Shown: positions 50,175-61,010, counted from the first letter of the stretch. The stretch is DNA of 64,000 bases from Takakia lepidozioides (GCA_030704615.1 CM060734.1:53258001-53322000), one strand, 5' to 3'. Program-made: numbers and translations. Notes: generated from the letters alone by a model not told the origin.

Positions 50175-51884
50175 GGCCAAGCCCTTTCTGGGCTTTCAGC
50201 TGAAGTGCTTCAGAAATCATTTTTTGCCATTTTCAATTTGCTGGCAAGGTTTTTGTGAGGAATAAATTTTCTTTCGTTAGCAACCAAGCACCAGTGTGAA
50301 CCTAGATTGGGATGACATCAATGTATGGAATATGCATCATCAGCACGGATACTGGAAGCGTCTCACAAGCAATCTAGTCAGAACTTCAAACTTATTACGA
50401 CCATGCCTCCTTTCTCTGTAAGTTGATGCTTGCCCACTCTCGTGGCCCACTTCTCAATACTGTACTTTGTAAGGACCCCATAGCACACTAAATTCACCAA
50501 TCATATAGCATCTAATGCACACTGTGAACATTTCGCCTTTCCAACCTCAGGAAGGGACAGACTTTAGTGCCAGTTTCAGTTCACAACTACCACTTATTCT
50601 CGCCCATGCCAAACAACATGAACAAACTTTCACACACACCTTCAAAAGCAAACCACCTCCAGACAGCCAAGTTGTGAAATCCATCATGTTTAACCCAGCA
50701 CACAGTCTCAAGTTCAGCAAGAAAGCAAGACAGTCATACAAGACAACTACTTGATAGAAGGTCACTTTCTGGGCCCATAATTTCTCCATACAGAAACAGC
50801 CTTGAAGTAGTATTATCAAAAAAATCAGTTCAACTTCGGTAAACTAGTTTCTCAGTTTGATTCATCTAAGTCTCCCAAAAGCTAGACATGGAGAACTCAA
50901 AATCATGTCAGTGAGCTGATCACTCAGTGGTTCCTCATTCACTTTTGAAAGTGAAGGCTCGATCTGATGTCTCTCTCGTGTGTGGGTATAAACTGAGAGA
51001 AGTGGTCAAGCTACCTGGCAAGAACTGTATGGGCAGCTGGAATGATGGTGTTAGGGCCTGCATGTAACTTTCGAGATTTACCAGCTACTTTTTACTAACA
51101 GGCATTTTAGACTTGCTGCGATACCCTGCATGTTACAATCCCCTACTCATCACTGCTGTTGCAAGAGTAGACGCTTGTCCGGCGAAGAAGTCGACAAAGA
51201 GGTGAGCAGAATATTAACCAGCTTGTGATGACTCATTACATTCATGATACTGCCAAAAAGTAACAGATGGCACAAAACACAGAAGCCCAAGCTCAAATCC
51301 AGCCGTGGTTGCTGCCAAGTTGGTTACCCATCTCATCTTCAGGCAGAAGAAATTACACTGTGGAAGGATTGCAATGGATCCGATGGTGTCGGGAATCAAC
51401 TGTACAAGGGTCAGGTCACCTCTTCAAATTCAATTGATTCTAGATGCAATTATAAACATGTTTCCACCAATCTCTCAGTAATCACGAAGTCATCAGCAAA
51501 ACTCACGAGGCTTGTGATGACTCTGTGGCAATGCAAAACACAGAGGGCTATGCAGTCAGAGCACGAGCAAAAGAGAGTCCCTGACAACATACTCAGGATA
51601 ATAGACTAGCAAACCGTCGACAGTCCGTCAACAGTGCTGACCTTAAAACCCTTAATTCTCTGTCCATGAGCTACAACCATAAAAAAAGAACCGAAAAGCT
51701 CGGAGGAAGAAGCCCCCTCCTAATCATGACCCTTCCTTGGTCCTCGGCCATTCAACCCACACCATGAAGATGGCGACTATGAATCTTCAAAGTAAACATT
51801 CCCTGAAAGTCAATCTCACCTGCAATCCAAACCCCTGCCTCCTACATGGCTGCAAAATTGTGTATAACACCACGGTATAGGGCA

Positions 51885-52175
51885 TCACTTGGCCAACGAG
51901 GGCAGGCTCGGCGGAGGCGGGGCACCCAACAACCCCGCTTGTTGGCTCTCAAGATCCACCATTTGCTGCTCCCGGTCCATCTCGATTATCAGCGGCACCA
52001 CCAGCACCAGGAACGAGGTTCCTGCAATCCACGCCGCCTTTCCCGTGCTCCATAGCAGCTTCTTGCTAAACCGCGCCGTGTTGTCGGCTGCCCTCCTCCC
52101 CTTCTGCACCACCGAAGACTGCTGCACACTGCTCCCCACCCGCGCCCACACCTTGTCGCTCCCCTTCTCCGCCAT
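51885..52175 (-). CDS. TOM9: Mitochondrial import receptor TOM9/TOM22-like, single exon, 96 aa
   Basis: KKLLWSTGKAAWIAGTSFLVLVVPLIIEMDREQQ is the plant TOM9/TOM22 signature. Confidence 0.92.
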   Translation of the reverse strand: MAEKGSDKVWARVGSSVQQSSVVQKGRRAADNTARFSKKLLWSTGKAAWIAGTSFLVLVVPLIIEMDREQQMVDLESQQAGLLGAPPPPSLPSLAK

Positions 52176-52275
52176 CGCCACCCTCCCTCCTCCCTCGCAC
52201 CGCCCCTCTGTGTTGCTGTGTCTGTGCAACCTCCCTTCCTCCTCCTCCCCCCCGCACCCCACCCACTCCTCTACT

Positions 52276-52314
52276 CTAACCACGTCATCTAACCACGTCA
52301 TTTAGCCACGTCAT
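52276..52314. promoter_or_regulatory. Three tandem 13-bp units carrying CCACGTCA (TGACGTGG bZIP-type element) upstream of TOM9
   Basis: ctaaccacgtcat x2 plus ttagccacgtcat, ~100-140 bp upstream of the ATG. Confidence 0.5.
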
Positions 52315-53728
52315 CGTCGTCAATTGTTTTTTTAACCTGCCCGGATTGCCCGAACAACCCGAACAACCCTAAAATAACCCTTTGAACTGCCTGAAGCGTC
52401 TTGATTCAAACAATCCCCAGAAGCGTAAGCAGGCAAATACGAAACTTCTCGCAATCAGTACCTCCAGGTCTTTCTCACTCTTTCTTTTGCATGCGATTTG
52501 ATGGATTGCTGGACCTTGCAGGAACCTATGCTCTGCAAATAAGTTTTTCTGATAGAGGTCACCCGGTAGCTGTTTCTGTGTCTTCATTCAACATGGCCAA
52601 AATGTGGATGCATGTTGTCCAATAGAGGTCCACTAGTATGGTGTGGTGGGGATGGTGGCATGTTCGGGCAGGGTGCATTTGGATGGGAACAGCTGTTGTC
52701 TGCTCTAGATCCATCTGAGCAGCAGAATGTTCTCTATGCATTTTACCAGCCCCTAACATCTACAGACTCTTCAACCCAACAACACGCAGGGCCCCAAAAA
52801 CAACCGTAGATGTAGTAATTAATAGAACAGCTGGCTGAGATGAAATAAGTCCCCTAGGGATAAAACTGCACGTTCGTGTTCAAAATAGTTGATGGTTCTT
52901 ATGCGCTAAAGGAGTGAGCGGTGACTGAAGAGAAAGAAGGTAGTTAGAGACCAGCCGAGGTGGCGCCGCTGAGACTGTTTAGATCATAATTTGTGGACCA
53001 AGAGAACGCAACGAGGAGATGTAGAGCAGTAAATACCGTGGATTGAGTGAGAGAATTAGTAACGGGATTAGTCACTTAGCCACCGAGTGAATCTGATCAT
53101 GGGTTGTATGAACGTCATGTATTATGAAGCAATGAGAGAAGTGGAAACAGTAGATTTGTACACAATGTGTCACCTGTCTTTGCGTAGTCATTGGAAAGCG
53201 TTGATCAGATTAACGCCGTTGAACATGGTGTAGGTCTGAGGGATGGCAAAGTGCAGGTGCTTGGACGTGTGGCCTACACAAGAGGGTATCTCGCGCAATC
53301 ATGCACAAATGAACAGGGAGTCACCAAGGGGATGAAGCATGTGTTGGGTGAAAGTCGGGTGTGGCTGCCCATGTCATTTTCTATTCCGCTGCAGCTGCAT
53401 GATGCGGTCGCATTGGACTGATGGGGGGAGTGGCCCTGTTTAGTTCTCGTGGTGGGAAGAGTAGAGCCCCCCAATTTTACCTTATAAGATCAACGTCGAG
53501 AACTCTGGGGATTCTCAATTCATCACTAGCCTTCCATCCAAAACACTAGGGTAAGTTGGCCTATGACCGAACAGACGTCTATGACCAATCCTCTATGACT
53601 CAACAGTACAGAAATGCACTCAACAGTACATCATGGTCAATACTCTCAGGAAATGGTGGATGATCTGAGTAGCTACACAGATCAATGAATGAAGCAAGAC
53701 ACTCACATCTTTCCAAGAAAACATCCTT

Positions 53729-56700
53729 TCACCAGTAATCCCCACAAGAGCAAATCCCATCTTCAAAGTGGTGAAAGCGGTTAGCGTCCCGTACAACAAT
53801 TGCTCGGCCAACAATCTTTGAGATGAATTTGGTGGAGGTGTGGCAGTCACCACACACTCGAAGGTTCTTGATGAGACGGAGAGGCGTCCCAGGGGTCGTG
53901 CTGATCAGCCCAAAACCAATGGCCAGCTTCTCACTGTGGTGGCAAAGAGAAAATTCCTTTTCCTCCTCCCCCACATCATGCAATACAAAGCGCGTGTCAG
54001 GCACATACCCCGCCTCCTTCATCTGCCCAGACAATCTTCTCAGCTCAGCATGGATTTCCTTAATTCTGGGATGCAACTTGTCATCTACAACGAAGGTGTG
54101 CACCCTGTTGCCAACCTCAATGCAGCAGCGACCTGGCTCCTTTCCAACCCCTCTGACCTTCATCATTCTTCTCACCTTTGCAGTATCATCCCACCTGCCA
54201 GCTGCAGCATAGATGTTTGATAGCAACACATAAGTCGCGGCATCCTGTTCATCCCACGCGAGGATAGATGTTGCCGCACGTTCAGCCATATCCACATTGC
54301 CATGGATTCTGCAGGCACCAAGCAAGGCCTTCCACAACACAGCATCTGGATTGATTGGCATTTTATTAATCAGGTCCACTGCCTCATCCAGTTGTCCCGC
54401 ACGTCCAAGAAGGTCCACCATGCAGCCAAAGTGCTTTACTGTCAGAGTGACACCATGATCTTGACTCAGGGATTTGAAGTAGCGTCTTCCTTCATCCAGT
54501 AGGCCAGCGTGGCTGCATGCAGAGAGAACACATATAAAGGTGATACTGTCCGGCTTCAAGCCGTTCTTTTGCATTTCTTCAAATAGTTGCAGGACCTCCC
54601 TATGACAACCATGCTGGGCATATCCTGCGATCATCGCATTCCACGACACCACATTTCGGTCAGCCATATTGTCAAATACTCCCTTTGCATCCTCAATACA
54701 TCCACATTTCGCATACATGTCCACCAGGGCAGTGTCCAGAATGACATTTGGTACAATTCCAGCTTTGATGATGTCACCATGCACCTCTTTGCCCTTTTCC
54801 AGGGCTGCCAGGCTTGCACAAGCGTTGCAAACGCACACAAACGTGATGTGGTTGGGCTTCACCCCTTCCCCCATCATTTGCTCATAGGTCTCCAAAGCCT
54901 CCATCCCGCACCCCTGCTGTGCATATCCTGCAATCATCGCACTCCACGACACCACATCTCGTTCAGCCATACTGTCGAACACTCCCTTCGCATCCTCGAT
55001 ACACCCACATTTGGCATACATGTCCACGAGGGTATTGTTCAGAATCACATTTGGTATAATTCCAGCTTTGGCGATGCAACCATGCACCTCTTTGCCCTTT
55101 TCCAGGGCTGCCAGACTTGCACACGCACTGCAAACGCACACAAACGTGACGTGGTCAGGCTTTACCCCTTCCCCCATCATTTGCTCATAGGTCTCCAAAG
55201 CCTCCATCCCGCGCCCCTGCTGTGCATACCCTGCAAGCATCGCGTTCCACGACACCACATCTCGTTCAGCCATAGTGTTGAACACTCCTTTCGCATCCTC
55301 AATGCTCCCACATTTGGCATACATGTCCACGAGGGCAGTGTTCAGGATGACATTGGGTACAATTGCAGCTTTGATGATGTCACCATGCACCTCTTTGCCC
55401 TTTTCCAGGGCTGCCAGGCTTGCACAAGCATTGCAAACGGACACAAACGTGATGTGGTCGGGCTGCACCCCTTCCCCCATCATTTGCTCATAGGTCTCCA
55501 AAGCCTCCATCCCGCACCCTTGCTGTGCATATCCTGCAATCATCGCACTCCACGTTACCACATCTCGTTCAGCCATACTGTCGAACACTCCCTGCGCATC
55601 CTCAATGCTCCCACATTTGGCATACATGTCCACCAGGGCAGTGTTCAGAATGACATGGGGTACAATTCCAGATTTCACGATGTCACCATGGACCTCTTTG
55701 CCCTTTTCCAGAGCTGCTAGGCTTGCACACGCATTGCAAATGCACACAAACGTGATGTGGTCGGGCTTCACCCCTTCCCCCATCATTTGATCATAGAACA
55801 CCAAAGCCTCCATCCCACGTCCCTGCTGTGCATAACCTGCAAGCATCGCGTTCCACGACACCACATCTCGTTCAGCCATAGTGTTGAAAACTCCCTTTGC
55901 ATCCTCGATGCACCCACATTTTGCATACATGTCCACGAGGGTATTGTTCAGAATGACGTTTGGTACAATTCCAGCTCTGACAATGTCGCCATGGACCTCT
56001 TTGCCCTTTTCCAGAGCTGCCAGGCTTGCACACGCATTGCAAATGCACACAAACGTGATGTGGTTGGGCTTCACCCCTTCGCACATCATTTGCTCATAGG
56101 TCTCCAAAGCCTCCATCCCGCGCCCTTGCTGTGCATATCCTGCAATCATCGCACTCCACGACACCACATCTCGTTCAGCCATAGTGTCGAACACTCCCTT
56201 TGCATCCTCGATGCACCCACATTTTGCATACATATCCACCAGGGCAGTGTTCAGAATGACATCTGGTACAATTCCAGCTTTGACGATGTCACCATGGACC
56301 TCTTTCCCCTTTTCCAGGGCTCCCAGGCTTGCACACGCATTGCAAACACAAACAAACGTGATGTGGTTGGGCTTCACCCATTCGCGCATCATTTGCTCAT
56401 AGGTCTCCAAAGCATTCCTACCACACCCATGCTTGGTAAATCCTGCCAACATTATATTCCACGTGATCAAAGACCGTTGAGGCATTCTGTTGAACACTTG
56501 GTGAGCATCCATGATGCTACCGCACTTAACATACATGTTGACAAGGGTGTTGAGTAGAAAAACATTTGGCGTGAATCCACTTTGGATAATGTGAGTGTGC
56601 ACCTGCTTTCCAGCTTCCAGGCCTTTCATCTTGATGCACTGATGCAAGAGACAGACATACATATCTGAATCTGCTGAAATGCCTCCTTGGTTTAAAGTCT

Positions 56701-56956
56701 GTAGAGCCTCTTTCAGTCTGCCTGCCTCACAAAGCATCTTCACATGCCCAGAAGTGCCAGAAGATGCATTGTGGACTCCTTCTCTTGATCCTCTTCCAGA
56801 AGCTGTGGTCATGGTTGAGGTGCCTGATTTTATCAACTGTGCCGCTGCAGCTGCTGCCTTTAGTTGACCATCTACCCATGCAGGTTTCTTGTAGCTATCG
56901 ATCCACAGGGAATCATAGGTAATCTTGTGCTTGAAATCTGGCCCTCTTGGATGAAT
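53729..56956 (-). CDS. Terminal exon of a PLS-class PPR protein with E1/E2/DYW deaminase domain, beginning with the second half of a PDF motif
   Basis: Uninterrupted ORF with ~23 P/L/S motifs, PG box KEPGRCCIEV, HSEKLA, CGDCH and CSCGDYW*. AG acceptor at 56957-56958 precedes IHPRGPDFKHK. Confidence 0.92.
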   Translation of the reverse strand: MHPRGPDFKHKITYDSLWIDSYKKPAWVDGQLKAAAAAAQLIKSGTSTMTTASGRGSREGVHNASSGTSGHVKMLCEAGRLKEALQTLNQGGISADSDMYVCLLHQCIKMKGLEAGKQVHTHIIQSGFTPNVFLLNTLVNMYVKCGSIMDAHQVFNRMPQRSLITWNIMLAGFTKHGCGRNALETYEQMMREWVKPNHITFVCVCNACASLGALEKGKEVHGDIVKAGIVPDVILNTALVDMYAKCGCIEDAKGVFDTMAERDVVSWSAMIAGYAQQGRGMEALETYEQMMCEGVKPNHITFVCICNACASLAALEKGKEVHGDIVRAGIVPNVILNNTLVDMYAKCGCIEDAKGVFNTMAERDVVSWNAMLAGYAQQGRGMEALVFYDQMMGEGVKPDHITFVCICNACASLAALEKGKEVHGDIVKSGIVPHVILNTALVDMYAKCGSIEDAQGVFDSMAERDVVTWSAMIAGYAQQGCGMEALETYEQMMGEGVQPDHITFVSVCNACASLAALEKGKEVHGDIIKAAIVPNVILNTALVDMYAKCGSIEDAKGVFNTMAERDVVSWNAMLAGYAQQGRGMEALETYEQMMGEGVKPDHVTFVCVCSACASLAALEKGKEVHGCIAKAGIIPNVILNNTLVDMYAKCGCIEDAKGVFDSMAERDVVSWSAMIAGYAQQGCGMEALETYEQMMGEGVKPNHITFVCVCNACASLAALEKGKEVHGDIIKAGIVPNVILDTALVDMYAKCGCIEDAKGVFDNMADRNVVSWNAMIAGYAQHGCHREVLQLFEEMQKNGLKPDSITFICVLSACSHAGLLDEGRRYFKSLSQDHGVTLTVKHFGCMVDLLGRAGQLDEAVDLINKMPINPDAVLWKALLGACRIHGNVDMAERAATSILAWDEQDAATYVLLSNIYAAAGRWDDTAKVRRMMKVRGVGKEPGRCCIEVGNRVHTFVVDDKLHPRIKEIHAELRRLSGQMKEAGYVPDTRFVLHDVGEEEKEFSLCHHSEKLAIGFGLISTTPGTPLRLIKNLRVCGDCHTSTKFISKIVGRAIVVRDANRFHHFEDGICSCGDYW
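54620..56480 (-). repeat. About six highly similar 303-bp tandem units, each encoding one P-L-S triplet
   Basis: 101-aa periodicity with near-identical DNA between units. Confidence 0.92.
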
Positions 56957-59900
56957 CTGGACCCACACTCTATCCCTGCTCCTTCAGCTACACATGCCTC
57001 TGTACAAATCATGCATTCATCCTTGCCTTGCTGCTAGCAGCTGACAATGACAGCCTAGATTTGTTCTAGGAAACACCCAATCAGCTTATCACACTAGTTC
57101 CTATGCTGAATTGCGTCTGCTACTCTCTGTAATCTAACAGGCATTCATCTTTTGGCCTCGGTTGTCCCACCATTGACTGGGGTCAGAAAAGTATTCATTC
57201 CACAGCTTCTCCTCATCTCTGTTACCTGTTTTTTGATACTTTCATGTTGTCACCTTGGCAGTATCCTGTCAAAGGCACTCCAAACTAGATTCACTCAACC
57301 AGCTAACTTGCAGAATTCAATTTAGGGCTGATTCTGATAGGAGGGAAAAACAGGGAAATGTGTTGAAGAAGGTACCTTCATTAGCAGTGCCTGATTTTAT
57401 CAATTGTGCCGCTGCTGCTGCGGCTTCCAGTTGACCATCGACCCATGCATGTTTCTTGTAGCTATCGATCCACAGGGAATCATAGGTAATCTTGTGCTTG
57501 AAATCTGGCCCTCTTGGATGAATCTGGACCCACACTCTATCCCTGCTCCTTAGCTATCCATGCCTCTGCACAAATCATGCATTCATCCTTGCCTTGCTGC
57601 TAGCAGCTGACAATGACAGCCTAGATTTGTTCTAGGAAACACCGAACTCAGCTTATCACACTAGTTCTTATGCTGAATTGCGTCTACTACTCTCTGTAAT
57701 CTAACAGGCATTCACCTTTTTGCCTCGGTTGTCCCACCATTGACTGGGGTCAGGAAAGTATTTTTTCCACAGCTTCTCCTCATCTTTGTTACCCGTTTTT
57801 CGATACTTTCCTGTTGTCACATTGGCAATATCATGTCAAAGTCACTCCAAACTAGATTCACTCAACCAGCTAACTTGCAGAATTCAATTTAGGGCCGATT
57901 CTGATAAGAGGGGAAAACAGGGTGAAATGTGTTGAAGAAGGTGCCTTCATTAGCAGTGACTGATTTTATCAATTGCGCCACTGCTGCTGCAGCTTCCAGT
58001 TGACCATCTACACATTCAGGTTTCTTGTAGCTATCCGTCCACAGGGAATCATAGGTAATCTTGAGCTTGAAATCCGGCCCTCTTGGATGAATCTGGACCC
58101 AAACTCTATCCCTGCTCCTTCAGCTATCCATGCCTCTGCACAAATCATGCATACATCCTTGCTGCTAGCAGCTGACGATGAGCCTAGATTTCTTCTAGCA
58201 AACATCCCAACCATACTTACCACACTAGTTCCTATGCTGACTTGCGCTTCCAACAGGCATTCACCTTTTTGCCTCGATTGTTCCACCCTTGACTGCCATC
58301 GGAACCGTGTTCATTCCAGAGCTTCTCCTCGTCTCTAACTTGCAGAATTCAACATGAAAATTTAGGGACGACTCTGATAAGAGGGAAAAACAGGCTGAAA
58401 TGTGTTGAAGAAGGTGCCTTCATTATCAAGTTCTATCAATATCTATGAAATTCAGAGTCTAATCTCTTGAGATTTAACATGTCTCTGCTTATGGCTTCTC
58501 TGTCTGGTCTTTCAAGCCTGACCTTAGGGCCATCAGCCAGCCTGAAGGAACTTTTGGTAGTCACGATGACCACTGTATTCTCCTTTATGTTTCATACTAA
58601 GGGCAGGAATTTACATAGTTTGAACCTGACGTCCAGAGATTCAGTTATAATTCCTAGCCCTCTATGAAACTGCTACATGAGCAGAATAGGGGGGAATATC
58701 ACTGTGCTTAAGAAAGGTACCTCTGTCTCACTGTAAGATCACAGCGAGTACCATTTGTGTACACATGTCCATGATATCTACTCCCCAATCACACAAACCA
58801 AGTCATCAATTCTCCCAATTTGCCTGTGTGGTGTGGAAGGAATATTCATTGACTCTACCTGGTAAACCAAGACCATTAAAGACTATTGAGGCATAGGTAC
58901 CTCAAAGATGAACTTGGGGTCCTAATAACAAGGGTATGAACTCAAGACCAAGTTTCATTGATCTCCTACAGAGGGTGCCATGACAGAGCGGACACTGCCA
59001 CATGACATGATCTTGATTCCAGCCTTGCACGTAGTCCTCTGCCATAAGACAGATATGGCAGGGACAGATGTACTCGTGGACCTTAAGTAGATGCTCTTAA
59101 GTAGACCCTACAAGTACTACCACTGGAAAGTGGATTACAGGGTTTCGTCCACCTGGGTATATGAGACTAAGCCCAAAATTGCAAGCAAAGCTGACTACAA
59201 CCCGGTATTTGGAATTGAGTGTTGGTTTATGCCTTATCACACTAGTTCCTACGCTCAATTGCATCTGCTACTCTCTGTAATCCAACAGGCATTCACCTGT
59301 TTGCCTCAATTGTCCCACCATTGACTGGGGTCAGAAAACTATTCATTCCACAGCTTCTCCTCGTCTCTGTTACCTGTTTCTGGATACTTTCCTGTTGTCA
59401 CATTGGCAATATCATGTCAAAGTCACTCCAAACTATCATCAACTAGCTAACTTGCAGAATTCAACATGAAAATTTAGGGCCGATTCTGATAAGAGGGACA
59501 AACAGGGTGAAATGTGTTGAAGAAGGTGCCTTTATTAGCAGTGCCTTGTCCTATCAATTGTGCTGCTGCCGCTGCTGTTTCCAGTTGACCATCTACCCAC
59601 GCAGATTTCTTGTAGCTATTGATCCACAGGGAATCAGAAGTAATCTTGTGTTTGAAATTCGACCCTCTTGGATGAATCTGGACCTCTATCCCTGGTCCTT
59701 CAGCTATCCCTGCCTGTGTACCAATCATGAATACATCCTCAGCCTTGCTGCTTGCAGCTGACACTGACGGCGTGAAGTTCTTCCAGCAAACACCCCAACC
59801 CTACTTATTACAGTAGTTCCAATTCGGAATTGCATCTGCTTCTCTCTGTAGTCCAACAGGCATTCACCTTTTTGTCTCCATTGTCCCACCATTGACTGGG

Positions 59901-60075
59901 GTCGGAAAAGTGTTCATTCCAAAGCTTCTCCTCATCTCTGTTATCTGTTTTTGGATACTTTCCTGCTGCCACATCGACAGTAACTTGTCAAAGTCACTCC
60001 AAACCACCACAGATCCACCCAACGAGCTAACTTACAGAATTCAATATGCAAATTCAGGGCCGAGTCTGATGAGAC
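56818..60075 (-). repeat. Tandem array of ~570-bp two-exon units encoding OSB-type PDF motifs. Exons: A5 59962-59868, B5 59677-59530, A4 59391-59297 (stops), A3 ~58336-58265 (degenerate), B3 58092-57945, A2 57810-57716, B2 57523-57376, A1 57243-57149 (splice sites lost), B1 from 56956
   Basis: A2+B2 splice to KYRKTGNKDEEKLWKKYFPDPSQWWDNRGKK|IHPRGPDFKHKITYDSLWIDSYKKHAWVDGQL. A exons are 95 nt and B exons 148 nt, with conserved splice sites. Confidence 0.85.
58426..59232. other. ~0.8-kb unrelated insertion replacing most of PDF exon B4 (possibly LINE-derived)
   Basis: Array homology breaks at ~58425 and resumes at ~59233. There is a weak DHVMWQCP zinc-finger-like stretch on the minus strand near 58990-59030. 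Confidence 0.4.
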
Positions 60076-60109
60076 TCAGGGCAACACATAGGTCGAAGAA
60101 GAAAGTGCT

Positions 60110-60470
60110 CTCACCCCGCCCCATGTAAGCCCTCACCATGTAGACCTCACCGTGTAACCCTGCCCCATGTAACCCTCACAGTGTAACCCCGCCCCATGTG
60201 CTGAGTCAACCTCTATAACCCCGACATGTAACCCCGCCAGAGCCCGCCAGTTCCCTATAACCCTATCTCATGACACCCCATGTAACCCGCCACAGTCCAG
60301 CCCCCTTAACCCCGTCCCTCACCGTGTAACCCCGCCCCATATGTTGAGTCACCCTCTCTAATCCCTGACGTGTAACCCCTATTGTGTCACCCCAATATCA
60401 TGTCACCCCAGATCATGTATCCCCAACACATGTAACCCTACGTCGTGTAACCCGAGTCTATAACCCCATC
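60110..60470 (+). repeat. Array of short tgtaacccc(gcccca) repeats, probably subterminal repeats of a DNA transposon
   Basis: More than 10 degenerate copies of (c)atgtaaccc/gtgtaaccc. Confidence 0.75.
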
Positions 60471-60799
60471 ATGGCGGGAAAAATTGGTGGGCTCCGAGGT
60501 GTCAGACATTTTCCATTCAAGCCTGGGTTACACGATTGGGTGACATCAAAACCTCACATGTAACTCCATCGCATCATTTTCACCATGTGCACAGACGTCG
60601 TGAGGTCCCCAGGGCGGCGCTGCGTTGCCCGTGTGTGTTCTGCGATTTGTACTGGTTGTACTATTGCTGTTGATGTCGTGTGCTGCCGCGGTGTTGGACG
60701 AGGAACGCAATACCGCATTGGAATCAAAAATTGATTTGAAAGACGAGGCGAGATAACTTTGTCATTTGCAGCATTTGGTATCGCATTTGAAATGCTTCT

Positions 60800-61010
60800 T
60801 ACAGCTCCCCATAGATGGACTTTTTAATCACACAGACCTCCGTTGGATATGTCAGGTTTCAAAGGGAAAAAAAAGCGGATATCCATCGAAGTAGCTGTCG
60901 TTCCATGGTCTCGCATTCCTGATTTTCTGGAGGGTGAAAAGAGGAGTGGATGGGAAATAGACCCAATTTTATGTTCAAGATCAAAAGTACCGTGAGTTGT
61001 CAAAACTGAC
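60800..61010 (+). mobile_element. Fragment resembling the N-terminus of SWIM/MULE-type transposase proteins
   Basis: Reads SIEVAVVPWSRIPDFLEGEKR, similar to the A.IP..R..DF..GE motif of plant SWIM/MULE-derived proteins (recalled, not searched). Confidence 0.4.

Noticed and set aside
54587-56557. Long plus-strand His-rich ORFs (377 aa and 266 aa) and periodic 72-aa ORFs
   Set aside because: Antisense shadows of the repetitive PPR coding sequence.
54300-56660. Predicted PPR target loosely resembles atp6 LELGVAI codons (from memory)
   Set aside because: Two code positions mismatch, no C falls at the expected editing position, and it cannot be verified without the organellar genome.
56130-57000. 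Possibility that the DYW protein is a reverse (U-to-C) editor, or that the ORF starts at 56968
   Set aside because: The PG box and HSE motif are of the canonical C-to-U type. 56968 is a GTG inside the intron, upstream of the acceptor.
60110-60470. Repeat field resembling telomeric (CCCTAAA) repeats or a CRISPR array
   Set aside because: Units are irregular tgtaaccc variants with no constant repeat-spacer structure and no cas genes; the context is eukaryotic TE.
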